Of a stretch of 51,224 nucleotides of DNA, positions 42,485-51,099 are shown piece after piece; position 1 is the first letter of the stretch, and every line of letters starts with the position of its first letter. This stretch comes from Mycobacterium phage prophiGD17-1. The notes beneath the pieces are model-generated. The model was not told the origin of the DNA and did no database searches. It saw only the letters and a program-made list of their open reading frames with translations. Position numbers and translations under genes: made by a program. The stretch lies in sequence record MW584165.1; one strand, given 5' to 3'.

Positions 42485-43120
42485 ATGGCATGGGAGCAGC
42501 GCGGAAGCATCAAGGGACCCAAGGGCGACGTTGGACCCGAAGGGCCGCAGGGTATCCAAGGCCCCAAGGGCGATACCGGCATTCAGGGACCAGCCGGACC
42601 GCAAGGGGCTCAAGGCCCCACCGGATCGCAAGGCCCCCAAGGTGAGGACGGACGCGGCATCAGCATTGCGGGCACCGTCGCCAACTACGCGGCCCTGCCC
42701 ACCGACCTCACCTCGGACAACGACGGCCAAGGCTATTTCGTTGAAGCGGACGGCAGGCTGTACATCTGGAACGGCACAGCCTTCCCGGCCAATGGTGCGG
42801 GTGTATCGATTCGCGGCCCGCAGGGACCTACTGGCGCACAGGGCACTCAAGGCCCCAAGGGCGACAAGGGCGATACGGGCGACACCGGCCCCCAGGGCAT
42901 TCAAGGCGTCAAGGGCGATACCGGTGCCACCGGGGCGCAAGGGCCTGCCGGTCCAGCCGGTAATCAGGGGCCCGCAGGCCAGACAGGCGCCACCGGGGCG
43001 ACCGGCCCACGCGGGGCACGCATCACCACCGGCAACGGTACGCCGGGAACCATCACCGGACAGCAGGTCGGGGACTCCTACCTCGACCTGACATCCGGCG
43101 TCATCTACGAATTGCAGTAG
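42485..43120 (+). CDS. collagen-like minor tail protein
   Basis: AAGGGAGAC RBS. About 40 Gly-X-Y triplets in two blocks. C-terminus GDSYLDLTSGVIYELQ. Confidence 0.7.
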   Translation: MAWEQRGSIKGPKGDVGPEGPQGIQGPKGDTGIQGPAGPQGAQGPTGSQGPQGEDGRGISIAGTVANYAALPTDLTSDNDGQGYFVEADGRLYIWNGTAFPANGAGVSIRGPQGPTGAQGTQGPKGDKGDTGDTGPQGIQGVKGDTGATGAQGPAGPAGNQGPAGQTGATGATGPRGARITTGNGTPGTITGQQVGDSYLDLTSGVIYELQ

Positions 43121-43123
43121 CTG

Positions 43124-43462
43124 ATGGGATGGGTAACCAAGTCGGCACTGGCAGTGGCCTGGTCGGCGATCATTGGCAAGCCGTCCACCTTCCCGCCGAC
43201 CACCGGCACAACCGCCGCCACTGCCTGCGCCGGAAACGATGCTCGCCTGGGCGACACCCGCGTACCCACGGACAGCTCAGTGACCAATGCCAAGGTCGCG
43301 GCGAACGCAGCCATCGATGTCTCCAAGCTCGGCACTGGAAAAGTCGTGGGGTCCGTCAACGGCACCTCCACCTCCCTGTCCCTGTGGACCGGCACCAAAG
43401 CCCAATACGACGCGCTACCGGCGCCACGCGACGCGAACACCGTCTACATCTGGGCGACGTAA
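43124..43462 (+). CDS. minor tail protein
   Basis: 112 aa in the tail module. Confidence 0.55.
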   Translation: MGWVTKSALAVAWSAIIGKPSTFPPTTGTTAATACAGNDARLGDTRVPTDSSVTNAKVAANAAIDVSKLGTGKVVGSVNGTSTSLSLWTGTKAQYDALPAPRDANTVYIWAT

Positions 43463-44125
43463 ATGCCTATCAGCATTGGCGATGCGTTGCTCATCGGCGG
43501 CGTCGATGGCCCCGTGAACAAGTACATGAACGGCATCAGCCTCGGCGATGTGCAGGTGTGGGCCAGCGACCCCCGCACCGACCTGTTCGCCGAAACGCAG
43601 TCCGTCCTACCGCCAACCTGGGCCTACTGGGCCGACTACGTGATCCTGCCCGCAGGCGGCGGCGGTGGTGCCGGTGAAGGCGGTCTTAGCCGTTCTGGAA
43701 TAGGCGGCTACACCGGCACATGGCTCACCGGCACATTCATCGTCCCCAGTAGCTCGCTAGGCCTGACCTTGGGCGCCGGAGGCATAGGCGGTCAATCCGA
43801 GGGCGGCGGCAAGGGCGCACCCGGAAGCTCCGGCGGCACAACATCAATCAACGGCCCCGGCGGGCTCATCGCATCCGCCCCAGGCGGTCTGGGCGGCGAA
43901 GGCGCCAACTCCGGCGGCAGCGGCCAGAACGGCAAAACTATTAGCCCCCAAACGCTCTCGGCTTTCGGACAGACATTCGCCGCAGGCAGCGGAGGCACCG
44001 GCAACGCCGGTACGGGCGGGATCGGCGCAGGCGGCGCCGGAGGCAACGGCGGCATCTTCGGCAGCTTCACCAAAGGCGGCACAGGCGGGCCAGCGCGTAT
44101 CTGGCTTCGGTGGCGCTCGTACTAA
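43463..44125 (+). CDS. glycine-rich minor tail protein
   Basis: TAAATG junction. Poly-Gly/Ala segments. Confidence 0.6.
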   Translation: MPISIGDALLIGGVDGPVNKYMNGISLGDVQVWASDPRTDLFAETQSVLPPTWAYWADYVILPAGGGGGAGEGGLSRSGIGGYTGTWLTGTFIVPSSSLGLTLGAGGIGGQSEGGGKGAPGSSGGTTSINGPGGLIASAPGGLGGEGANSGGSGQNGKTISPQTLSAFGQTFAAGSGGTGNAGTGGIGAGGAGGNGGIFGSFTKGGTGGPARIWLRWRSY

Positions 44126-44142
44126 CAAGAGAGGCAACAACT

Positions 44143-44388
44143 ATGGGGTTCATCAGGACGCACATCACCGACCCAATTCGCCACGCAGTCGTTGACGAGA
44201 TTCGTCAGCAGATCCCGGTGATCATCAAGGCGGTAGTCATCGCCATCGCCGAAACGGTCGGCAACACCGCCATCTCCGGGGTCGACAAGATAACCGACGC
44301 GATACCTGGCGATGCCGATGACCGGATCATCGACCCACTGGTAGAGAAAGTCCGCGATACCGCCCGCAGGCTGGGACTGAGCCTGTGA
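44143..44388 (+). CDS. hypothetical protein (last gene before the lysis cassette)
   Basis: AGAGAGG RBS. The table's 44110 start is rejected. Confidence 0.5.
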   Translation: MGFIRTHITDPIRHAVVDEIRQQIPVIIKAVVIAIAETVGNTAISGVDKITDAIPGDADDRIIDPLVEKVRDTARRLGLSL

Positions 44389-45686
44389 GCTTCGTAGAGT
44401 TCGACGCCACGCCGCTGCGCACCCGCGAGCAGGTGGCACGCGAAGTGCACGCCGTCGCACTCGACAAGGGTCTCGATGAGCTGGCCAGCGCCATCGCGCT
44501 CATGACCATCTCCACCGAGGTCGGCGCCAACGACGAAAACGGCGAACGTCAGTGGTGGTGCCCGGCCAACCCGTCACGTGACGAAGAGACCATGAACTAT
44601 CCGCACGACTCCACCTCGGACGACAGCCGCTCATCGGGGTACCTACAGCAGCAGCCGGGCCCGAACGGCGAGCCGTGGTGGGGCACCGCCTACGACCGCA
44701 TGACCCTGGCCCGCTCAGTGGGCATGTTCTTTGACCGGCTCCCCGACGACTATCGAAGTGCCGCAGACAACCCCGCCCTTGCCGGCATTTTTGCTCAGCG
44801 CGTCCAGCGCAGCTCCTATCCCGACCGCTACGCGCAGAAGTGGGCCGAAGCCTGGGAAGTGCTGCGCCGCGCCCTATCTGACGACGAACCAACACCACCC
44901 GGAGGCAACAGCATGGCATGGACAGGCGACCCGATCTGGCTTGAGGACGTTCTACGCCCGGCGCTCGGCGATCGGCTCAAGACGCTACCCGGCTGGCAGA
45001 ACGCCGGACACGGCGACTTCAAAGACATTCGCGGCCTCATGTGGCACCACACCGGCAATTCCCGCGAGTCGGCACAGTCGATCCGCAACGGGCGCCCCGA
45101 CCTGCCGGGCCCGCTGTCCAACATCCACATCGCGCCGGACGGCACGGTCACGATTGTCGCGGTCGGCGTCTGCTGGCATGCAGGCCAAGGCTCCTACCCC
45201 TGGCTGCCGACCAACAACGCCAACTGGCACATGATCGGCATCGAATGCGCCTGGCCCGACATCGCACCCGATGGGTCCTACGATCCCGGCCAGCGCTGGC
45301 CTGACGCGCAGATCATCGCCATGCGCGATGTGGCCGCAGCGCTAACGACAAAGCTCGGCGTCGATGTCAGCTACAACATCGGCCACAAGGAATATGCCGG
45401 TGCCGCACAGGGCAAGTGGGACCCCGGAAACATCGATATGAATTGGTTCCGAGGCGAAATCGCCAAGGACATGCGCGGCGAATTCGACCCGGCGAACCCG
45501 CCCACACCGCCCGTGGTCGTGCCTCCCCCGGTTCTGCCCGGCCCCGCCAACCCCCGCACCGACCGCCAGCTTCTCGAAGAGATTTGGGACCAACTGCGCG
45601 GCCCTGGCGGCAACGGCTGGCCGCAGCTCGGTGGCAAGACCCTGGTCGATGCCATCGCCGAACTCACCGACAAGAAGGCGGCGTAA
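44385..45686 (+). CDS. lysA: Lysin A (endolysin): N-terminal lysozyme/transglycosylase-like region plus amidase_2 (PGRP-type N-acetylmuramoyl-L-alanine amidase) domain
   Basis: GTGA overlap. WHHTGN...HIAPDG...HMIGIECAW...IGHKEY are amidase_2 motifs. N-terminal ENGERQWW...SGYLQQQ...WWGT is SLT/lysozyme-like. Confidence 0.85.
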   Translation: MSFVEFDATPLRTREQVAREVHAVALDKGLDELASAIALMTISTEVGANDENGERQWWCPANPSRDEETMNYPHDSTSDDSRSSGYLQQQPGPNGEPWWGTAYDRMTLARSVGMFFDRLPDDYRSAADNPALAGIFAQRVQRSSYPDRYAQKWAEAWEVLRRALSDDEPTPPGGNSMAWTGDPIWLEDVLRPALGDRLKTLPGWQNAGHGDFKDIRGLMWHHTGNSRESAQSIRNGRPDLPGPLSNIHIAPDGTVTIVAVGVCWHAGQGSYPWLPTNNANWHMIGIECAWPDIAPDGSYDPGQRWPDAQIIAMRDVAAALTTKLGVDVSYNIGHKEYAGAAQGKWDPGNIDMNWFRGEIAKDMRGEFDPANPPTPPVVVPPPVLPGPANPRTDRQLLEEIWDQLRGPGGNGWPQLGGKTLVDAIAELTDKKAA

Positions 45687-45688
45687 CC

Positions 45689-46693
45689 ATGTATCTGAGC
45701 GGCCAATACGTAGGCATCGGCGAGGGCGACGACTCTCCCGAGGTCGGCAAGATCATCGACTTCATTCTGGTCAAGTGGGACCGATTCGATGACCTGCTCA
45801 CACCCGGCACCACCAGGTTCACCCCGGAGCTGACGGCGATCATCACCGAGCTGCAAGGGATCTACGTCACCGAAGGCAAGCTCGCCCCAGGAAGTTTCAC
45901 ACCCGGCGTGATCAACCTGGAAACCAAATACGCCATGGGATACCTGAAACGCCCTGTGCCCGAAGATAAGCGGCCTGTACTGTTCACGGTCTGCGGAACC
46001 GGCGTGCCCTGGTGGGTCGGCCCCGACGCCGACACCGCACGGGCCGTGGAGCGCAAGTACCGATGGCAGCCCATCGGCTACCGCGCCGCCCCGTTTCCCA
46101 TGGGCACATCCATCGATGAAGGCCGTGAAGAGCTAGTCAACCAGCTCACCATCCACCGCCTACAGGTGGAGCGCTTCGGCGGCGCGCTCGGCGGCTTCTC
46201 ACAAGGCGCCATCATCATCGCGCTGGTATGGGAACTCGACATTAGGCCGCTCACCGGACGCCTGCACTGGGCATACGGCAAGATCAAAAAGGCTGTGGCG
46301 TGGGGTAATCCCATGCGCGAGAAGGGTAAAGCCTACGGCGACGCCAACGGCCAGGCGCCCGGGCCCGAATCACACGGCATCGCTGATCAGCTGATGGTCG
46401 ATACCCCGCACTGGTGGCGTAACTACGCCCACCAAGGCGACATGTACACCGATGTCGAAGGCGACTCCGGCGAAATGAAAACGTCCATCTACAAGGTGGT
46501 CATCGGTCAACGCGTCTTCACCGGCCCCGATTCCATCCTGGCGCAAGTCGTTGAGATTGTGCAGCGTCCAGCCATCGAGCTAGTCGCCCTCACCAAGGCC
46601 GTCCTGGACGCCGGTCTGTTCTTCGTCAAACGCACAGGGCCGCACCTGAACTACGACACCGCGCCCGCCGTCGACTATCTACTGCAAGATTGA
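45689..46693 (+). CDS. lysB: Lysin B (mycolylarabinogalactan esterase, cutinase-like serine esterase)
   Basis: GFSQG (G-x-S-x-G) catalytic motif. Directly after LysA with an AAGAAGG RBS. Confidence 0.85.
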   Translation: MYLSGQYVGIGEGDDSPEVGKIIDFILVKWDRFDDLLTPGTTRFTPELTAIITELQGIYVTEGKLAPGSFTPGVINLETKYAMGYLKRPVPEDKRPVLFTVCGTGVPWWVGPDADTARAVERKYRWQPIGYRAAPFPMGTSIDEGREELVNQLTIHRLQVERFGGALGGFSQGAIIIALVWELDIRPLTGRLHWAYGKIKKAVAWGNPMREKGKAYGDANGQAPGPESHGIADQLMVDTPHWWRNYAHQGDMYTDVEGDSGEMKTSIYKVVIGQRVFTGPDSILAQVVEIVQRPAIELVALTKAVLDAGLFFVKRTGPHLNYDTAPAVDYLLQD

Positions 46694-46700
46694 GGTTTGG

Positions 46701-46931
46701 ATGATGATTGAGAAGTTGAGAGAACTGCTCACACCGAAAGTAAGGCTCTGGCTGTATGCCGTTGCCGTGGCGCTGTTTTCGCTCATGCTTTACTACAACG
46801 TCGTAGACGAACAGGCAGCCCCGCTGTGGCTGAACCTCATTTCGACCGTGTTCGTCGTCGGCGGTCAGGCCATCGCAACGGCCCACATTCCCCGCAGTGG
46901 CTCGCCCAAGAATGACGAGACCAACCGGTGA
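46701..46931 (+). CDS. holin
   Basis: 76 aa with two TM helices (LWLYAVAVALFSLMLYY / LNLISTVFVVGGQAIA) directly after the lysins. Confidence 0.7.
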   Translation: MMIEKLRELLTPKVRLWLYAVAVALFSLMLYYNVVDEQAAPLWLNLISTVFVVGGQAIATAHIPRSGSPKNDETNR

Positions 46932-47293
46932 CCCTCGACCAGTGGCTTGAACTCGCCGTCAGCCTGCTTGCGGGCGGGGTCATCGGCACCGCCATCAAGT
47001 CACTAGTAGACCGCTGGAACGCCAAGGACGCCAACAGCTCTGCGGACTGGAAAGCCTTCGCCACCGAGCAGCGCGAGACCTTCGCCGCCGCCATGACCGA
47101 GCAGCGCGAAGCCCACAACGCCGCCATCGGCGCACTCGGTGGCCGTGTCCAAGCGCTTGAGGACCGGCTGACCGAAGAGCAGAAGGTTCTAGGCATCGCC
47201 CTGGCTCACCTGCGCGAGCTTCGACGGTGGATTCAAGGCGGCGCTCACGGCGACGTACCGCTGCTACCTGCCCAGCTGGAGGGAAGGCTGTAG
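46928..47293 (+). CDS. membrane protein of the lysis cassette (N-terminal TM plus coiled coil)
   Basis: GTGA overlap with the holin. TM segment LELAVSLLAGGVIGTAI. Confidence 0.55.
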   Translation: MTLDQWLELAVSLLAGGVIGTAIKSLVDRWNAKDANSSADWKAFATEQRETFAAAMTEQREAHNAAIGALGGRVQALEDRLTEEQKVLGIALAHLRELRRWIQGGAHGDVPLLPAQLEGRL

Positions 47294-47337
47294 GCCGGAC
47301 ACACCGTGTTGTCGGCCCCTGGGCGTACAACTAGCCC

Positions 47338-47754
47338 ATGGACGCCAAGAGGGCCATTCGCGAGATTATCGCGCAGATGCCGAACTTCTTTAGCTGGACC
47401 TACAAAGAAACAATCGGCCACGGCCACTACCAGACCAGGGTCTATTCACAAGATGACATCGCCGGTCATGTCGCAACGACGCTGCTAGACAAACTGGGGG
47501 ACAAGGGATGTCAGGTAGTTTCACTACCGCCAGTAGAAACAGACGAATACGGCTGCCGCACCGTCCGGGTTCCGATCATTGGTCAAGGCTGGGCGTACGG
47601 GGAGATACGTATCAGCGATAACGCAGATCAATTGGTGATCGTGGACGTTCCATCACGGCTGCCGGTCGACAGTGCACCTGCGGTTGCAGCCGCACTGCTG
47701 GCCACACATGCAGCGGCGCGCGAATATCGGAGCCATTGGGAGCGAGGCGACTAG
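47338..47754 (+). CDS. hypothetical protein
   Basis: 138-aa ORF, the last plus-strand gene. Confidence 0.5.
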   Translation: MDAKRAIREIIAQMPNFFSWTYKETIGHGHYQTRVYSQDDIAGHVATTLLDKLGDKGCQVVSLPPVETDEYGCRTVRVPIIGQGWAYGEIRISDNADQLVIVDVPSRLPVDSAPAVAAALLATHAAAREYRSHWERGD

Positions 47755-47769
47755 CCGACGACATGCAAC

Positions 47770-47800
47770 CAGCCCCGCCTTCGGCAATGCCTGGGGCGGG
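47770..47800. terminator. short GC hairpin (CCCCGCC...GGGGCGGG) between convergent genes
   Basis: Seen directly between the 47754 plus-strand stop and the 47829 minus-strand stop. Confidence 0.35.
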
Positions 47801-47828
47801 ACTGGTTCGCACACTGGCGAGGACTTCG

Positions 47829-48095
47829 CTATGCCTTCCAGTAGTGGTTCTTGCTGACCGAGATGTACACCACGTTCAGCCAGCAGATGAAGACGCCGAA
47901 CAGCAGATGCTTGGTAAGTGAGTGCGCCGTCTGCTGGCGCACATACAGTGCACCGTCCTGGCCCTGTAGGGCTGGCGCTTGCGGCGGCGGGGGTGGTGCC
48001 GTGACGGTCCAGTTAGTGCCGTCGAAATACCGCTGCCCTGGCGCGCCCGATGGGTCGGGATACCAACCCGGTGCCGCCGACTGTGGTGCTGACAT
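47829..48095 (-). CDS. DUF2510-family membrane protein
   Basis: N-terminal GWYPDPSGAPGQRYFDGTNWT (the DUF2510 motif), then a Pro-rich linker and a C-terminal TM helix. Confidence 0.55.
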   Translation of the reverse strand: MSAPQSAAPGWYPDPSGAPGQRYFDGTNWTVTAPPPPPQAPALQGQDGALYVRQQTAHSLTKHLLFGVFICWLNVVYISVSKNHYWKA

Positions 48096-48202
48096 GAGCG
48101 AAGACCTTCCCCTCGATTCGATACCCCTGACCGGGGGAAGCGTACGCGCCGCTCACAGCACACGTACAGGGAACCGTCATCATGCGGCCCCTTGGCGATG
48201 CA

Positions 48203-48673
48203 CTACCCGGCGTCGGCGAATTCGGGTTGCTCGCGCAGGTGCCAGCCTGGCGCAACGTCGCCTGTGTCGTAGTAGCCCAGGAATAGTCTGATGGCCTCGG
48301 TTGGTGTCAATACCTCTGATGGGCGTACCGGGTAAGCGCTATCGCCGTTGTAGACCACTTCAGTCTCGGATTCGTTTGCCGCAGAAGGTCTTCCGATGGT
48401 GTAATGGCGCCGCACACCGTCAGCCTCAAGCCGTTTAATCTCGACCGTGAGCCTGCCATCCCTACCACAGGCTTGGATGCGCTCAGGCGAGTACGGGAAC
48501 TCATCGTATCGGACCTCTGGCGCAACCGGGTAGATTGAGTAGTACGTGTATCCCTTTGTGCCTAAACGATTTATGCCCGCTGCGAGCTGGCCTGGTATTT
48601 CTTCCGTAAAGTCACTGGTACGCATTTTGGCCAGGTTTGATTCTGCGATGTGGGTTGGCTTGTCAATCCTCAT
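48203..48673 (-). CDS. putative immunity protein for the upstream polymorphic toxin
   Basis: Its ATG overlaps the toxin stop codon (ATGA on the minus strand). 156 aa with no secretion signal. Confidence 0.6.
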   Translation of the reverse strand: MRIDKPTHIAESNLAKMRTSDFTEEIPGQLAAGINRLGTKGYTYYSIYPVAPEVRYDEFPYSPERIQACGRDGRLTVEIKRLEADGVRRHYTIGRPSAANESETEVVYNGDSAYPVRPSEVLTPTEAIRLFLGYYDTGDVAPGWHLREQPEFADAG

Positions 48674-50319
48674 TCCGCAGGAACCTCCACAACTCTCACC
48701 GAGGTGATCTTCACTGTTTCCACGACGCCTTGTTCATTGGTGATCGTCACATAGGCCGGATTCTCATACGACACAGCATCATCGAACGCCCTCTGCTGGC
48801 CATCCCTCGACGCACCCCCCGACTTCACCTCGATGCCCTCGTACGTACCATCCGGCTTACGGGCATGTCCGTCGTAGTAGCGGCCATGGTCAACGCCGTC
48901 CACTCTCGACTTTTTCGTCTCGGTGCTCACCCAACGCCCGGTCTCGTCTTTGTACTTGGCGACACCCTCTGCCTCTGGTTGGCGACCGTATCCCCGAGCT
49001 GTCCCGCCTCGGCCTGTGAACGTGCCGATGGAATCGCGGTCGTCGCCACGGTTGATGCCCTCGCCGGGCCGTCCAGTCCGGGCCTCCATCACCGTCACAC
49101 CGCTGACCGCAGCCTCTTTCGAGAGGTCAAGGGCTGGCGGTATGGCGACGACCGCGCCACCAGCAAGCAAGCCAGCACCGGCAACAGCGACGGGCGCAGC
49201 GACCGGTGTGGCAGCCCCACCGGTAAAGACCTCACCGACGCCTGCCGCAGCCATCATGTCGTAGCCGACCGCCATCATGCCGACCCCAGCTGCCATCTGG
49301 ATTGTCTGGCCGGGGTTGTCGATCATGGCCTGCCCCAAGGATGCAGCGGCATTCACCACCGGGGCCACGGTGTTGTATATCTCGTTACCGAAAAGCTCAA
49401 CCTGCATCTGTACCAACGACTTTAGGGTGTCGATAACCATCGATGCACCCTGAATGATCGGCGCCAGCAGCAGCGCGAGTGACTGCACTTCGGACTTGAA
49501 CTGGTTGACGATGTTGCGGATGTCGGCGGCGATTTTCTTTATTTCGTCGTCGTCTTCGCCGGTAATCCAGTCCACGACCTGTTTGGCACCGGTCAGCGGA
49601 TTTACCAAGCGGGCCAACAGGTCCAGTATCGACGCATGCGCCGTATCGATCTTGGCCGCGTAGTCGTTGAGCTTGGTGCCCATGGTGCCGCACATGCCGC
49701 CGACCTCGCCGACAGCACCGTCAATCGTCTTGAACGCACTATCGATCTTGGGACCTTCGGGTATCTGCTGGGCCTGCGCGGTTGCCTGCGCCCCCGCCAG
49801 TCCGGCCTGCTGAGCGGTGAATGCCGCACCGGCAGCCGTCCAAGCGGCGCCAGCGGCGCGCAGCTTCGCCGAATCGCCGTTTGGCCAAATCATTCCGATG
49901 AACGGCTCCACCAGGAACCAACCCGGTGGGTCGCCAACATCGCTACCCACCGCAGACGGCGGGGCCCCGGCCTTCACCGAGGGAGTGGGCGAGGCGGCGG
50001 GCAGTGGGTCGCCGCCCTTGCCGTCGATATTGGACGCCACCTCGGCACGCGAATAGTTAGTCGCCGAAGCCCGGATGCCGTCAGCGGCCCGCCCCGCACC
50101 GTTGGACACGTCCACCATCGCCTCAAGGAGTTCCTTGGCTGACGAGTCATACGACCGCGCGAACACGACCCCGGCGGGGTCATCCCCACCCATACCTGCC
50201 GAACTCGACAGCGCCGACTGCAATGCCGACAGCGCAGAACCCCACCCGCCCACCGAGCTGGAAACCGTTCTACCGGCGCCATCGAGGGCAACCGGGTCGA
50301 CATGAATCGGGGGTGCCAT
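48670..50319 (-). CDS. ESX/type VII-associated polymorphic toxin: WXG100-like N-terminal domain with YxxxE export motif, central Ala/Gly-rich hydrophobic region, C-terminal putative PD-(D/E)xK-type nuclease toxin domain
   Basis: 549 aa. N-terminal ~100 aa helical domain with a GGWGSA motif and NYSRAE (Y-x-x-x-E). A second W-x-G-like segment (IWPNGDS). C-terminal KPDGTYEGIEVK (PD...E-x-K). Directly downstream of two WXG100 genes, with a 2-nt gap. Confidence 0.75.
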   Translation of the reverse strand: MAPPIHVDPVALDGAGRTVSSSVGGWGSALSALQSALSSSAGMGGDDPAGVVFARSYDSSAKELLEAMVDVSNGAGRAADGIRASATNYSRAEVASNIDGKGGDPLPAASPTPSVKAGAPPSAVGSDVGDPPGWFLVEPFIGMIWPNGDSAKLRAAGAAWTAAGAAFTAQQAGLAGAQATAQAQQIPEGPKIDSAFKTIDGAVGEVGGMCGTMGTKLNDYAAKIDTAHASILDLLARLVNPLTGAKQVVDWITGEDDDEIKKIAADIRNIVNQFKSEVQSLALLLAPIIQGASMVIDTLKSLVQMQVELFGNEIYNTVAPVVNAAASLGQAMIDNPGQTIQMAAGVGMMAVGYDMMAAAGVGEVFTGGAATPVAAPVAVAGAGLLAGGAVVAIPPALDLSKEAAVSGVTVMEARTGRPGEGINRGDDRDSIGTFTGRGGTARGYGRQPEAEGVAKYKDETGRWVSTETKKSRVDGVDHGRYYDGHARKPDGTYEGIEVKSGGASRDGQQRAFDDAVSYENPAYVTITNEQGVVETVKITSVRVVEVPAE

Positions 50320-50321
50320 CG

Positions 50322-50612
50322 CTATGCCCAGTTCTGCATGTTCTTGGCAGCGGCGCCCGTGTAATTGCCGTGCGCGGCGTGGCTCGCGCTACGTAGGCCC
50401 CTGAGCGCTTCGCGCATCTGCTCGGCGCCCTTGGCCCACTTCTCGTGCGCCTGCGTGTGGGCCGTGGCGGCTTCACCTGTGAAGGTGGCGTGCAGGTTGT
50501 GAACCTCGGTGTCCATGGCCGCTATCGACGCCTCGGCTCGCTGCTCAACCTCTGCCATGCGCTCGATGATCCGCATTAGCTCGTCGGGCACAATGCCGAA
50601 TTCACCTGACAT
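50322..50612 (-). CDS. WXG100 (Esx-like) family protein
   Basis: 96-aa helical hairpin protein with a central HEKWAKGAE W-x-G-like motif and a strong RBS (GGGGGAGAGG). Typical ~100-aa size. Confidence 0.7.
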   Translation of the reverse strand: MSGEFGIVPDELMRIIERMAEVEQRAEASIAAMDTEVHNLHATFTGEAATAHTQAHEKWAKGAEQMREALRGLRSASHAAHGNYTGAAAKNMQNWA

Positions 50613-50621
50613 CCTCTCCCC

Positions 50622-50933
50622 CTACATTCCGCCAGCGGCGTTGACGTTGGCGGCGGTGGCCGCATCCTGGCCCACGAACGCATCCCCGGCGCTCGCCAAC
50701 AAGCTGCCCATCTGCGCAAGGCCCTGGTGCACCAGCTTGGCGCCCTCGTACCACTGGAACCACCGCGCGGTGAACGCTGCCGCCGACCCACCAGACCAAC
50801 CGGAGCCGACAAATCGCGACACCTCGGCGTCGAGGGCATCCAGCTCCGTCGCCAAACCGCCTGCGGTCGCAGTGACCAACCGCGAAACCCGCTGCAACTC
50901 TTCTGGCGAAACCCCGAGGACCCCTCCACTCAT
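50622..50933 (-). CDS. WXG100 (Esx-like) family protein
   Basis: 103 aa from the internal ATG (MSGGVLGVSPEELQ...) with GSGWSGGSAAAF (W-x-G). The 80-aa N-terminal extension of the table ORF is Arg/Pro-rich and looks non-coding. Confidence 0.65.
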   Translation of the reverse strand: MSGGVLGVSPEELQRVSRLVTATAGGLATELDALDAEVSRFVGSGWSGGSAAAFTARWFQWYEGAKLVHQGLAQMGSLLASAGDAFVGQDAATAANVNAAGGM

Positions 50934-51099
50934 TAGCGGATGGTATCGCCGCCTGGTTTGCCACCGCAACGGCAGAACTCGCTTACCCGGACAGGCTGGC
51001 ACTGCACCTATGGGCGGCATCGCGTGATGCGGTCCGTGGCGGCCAGGTTCGCCCCGGTCAGGGCCAGTATCGGTGGGGGCGTAGCCAGTCGCCGAGCAC

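Noticed and set aside
42480-43060. Apparent tandem nucleotide repeats (GGnCCn periodicity) that could be mistaken for a satellite or CRISPR-like array
   Set aside because: They are in-frame Gly-X-Y collagen codons of a tail fibre gene, not spacer-repeat units. No CRISPR repeat-spacer architecture is present anywhere in the window.
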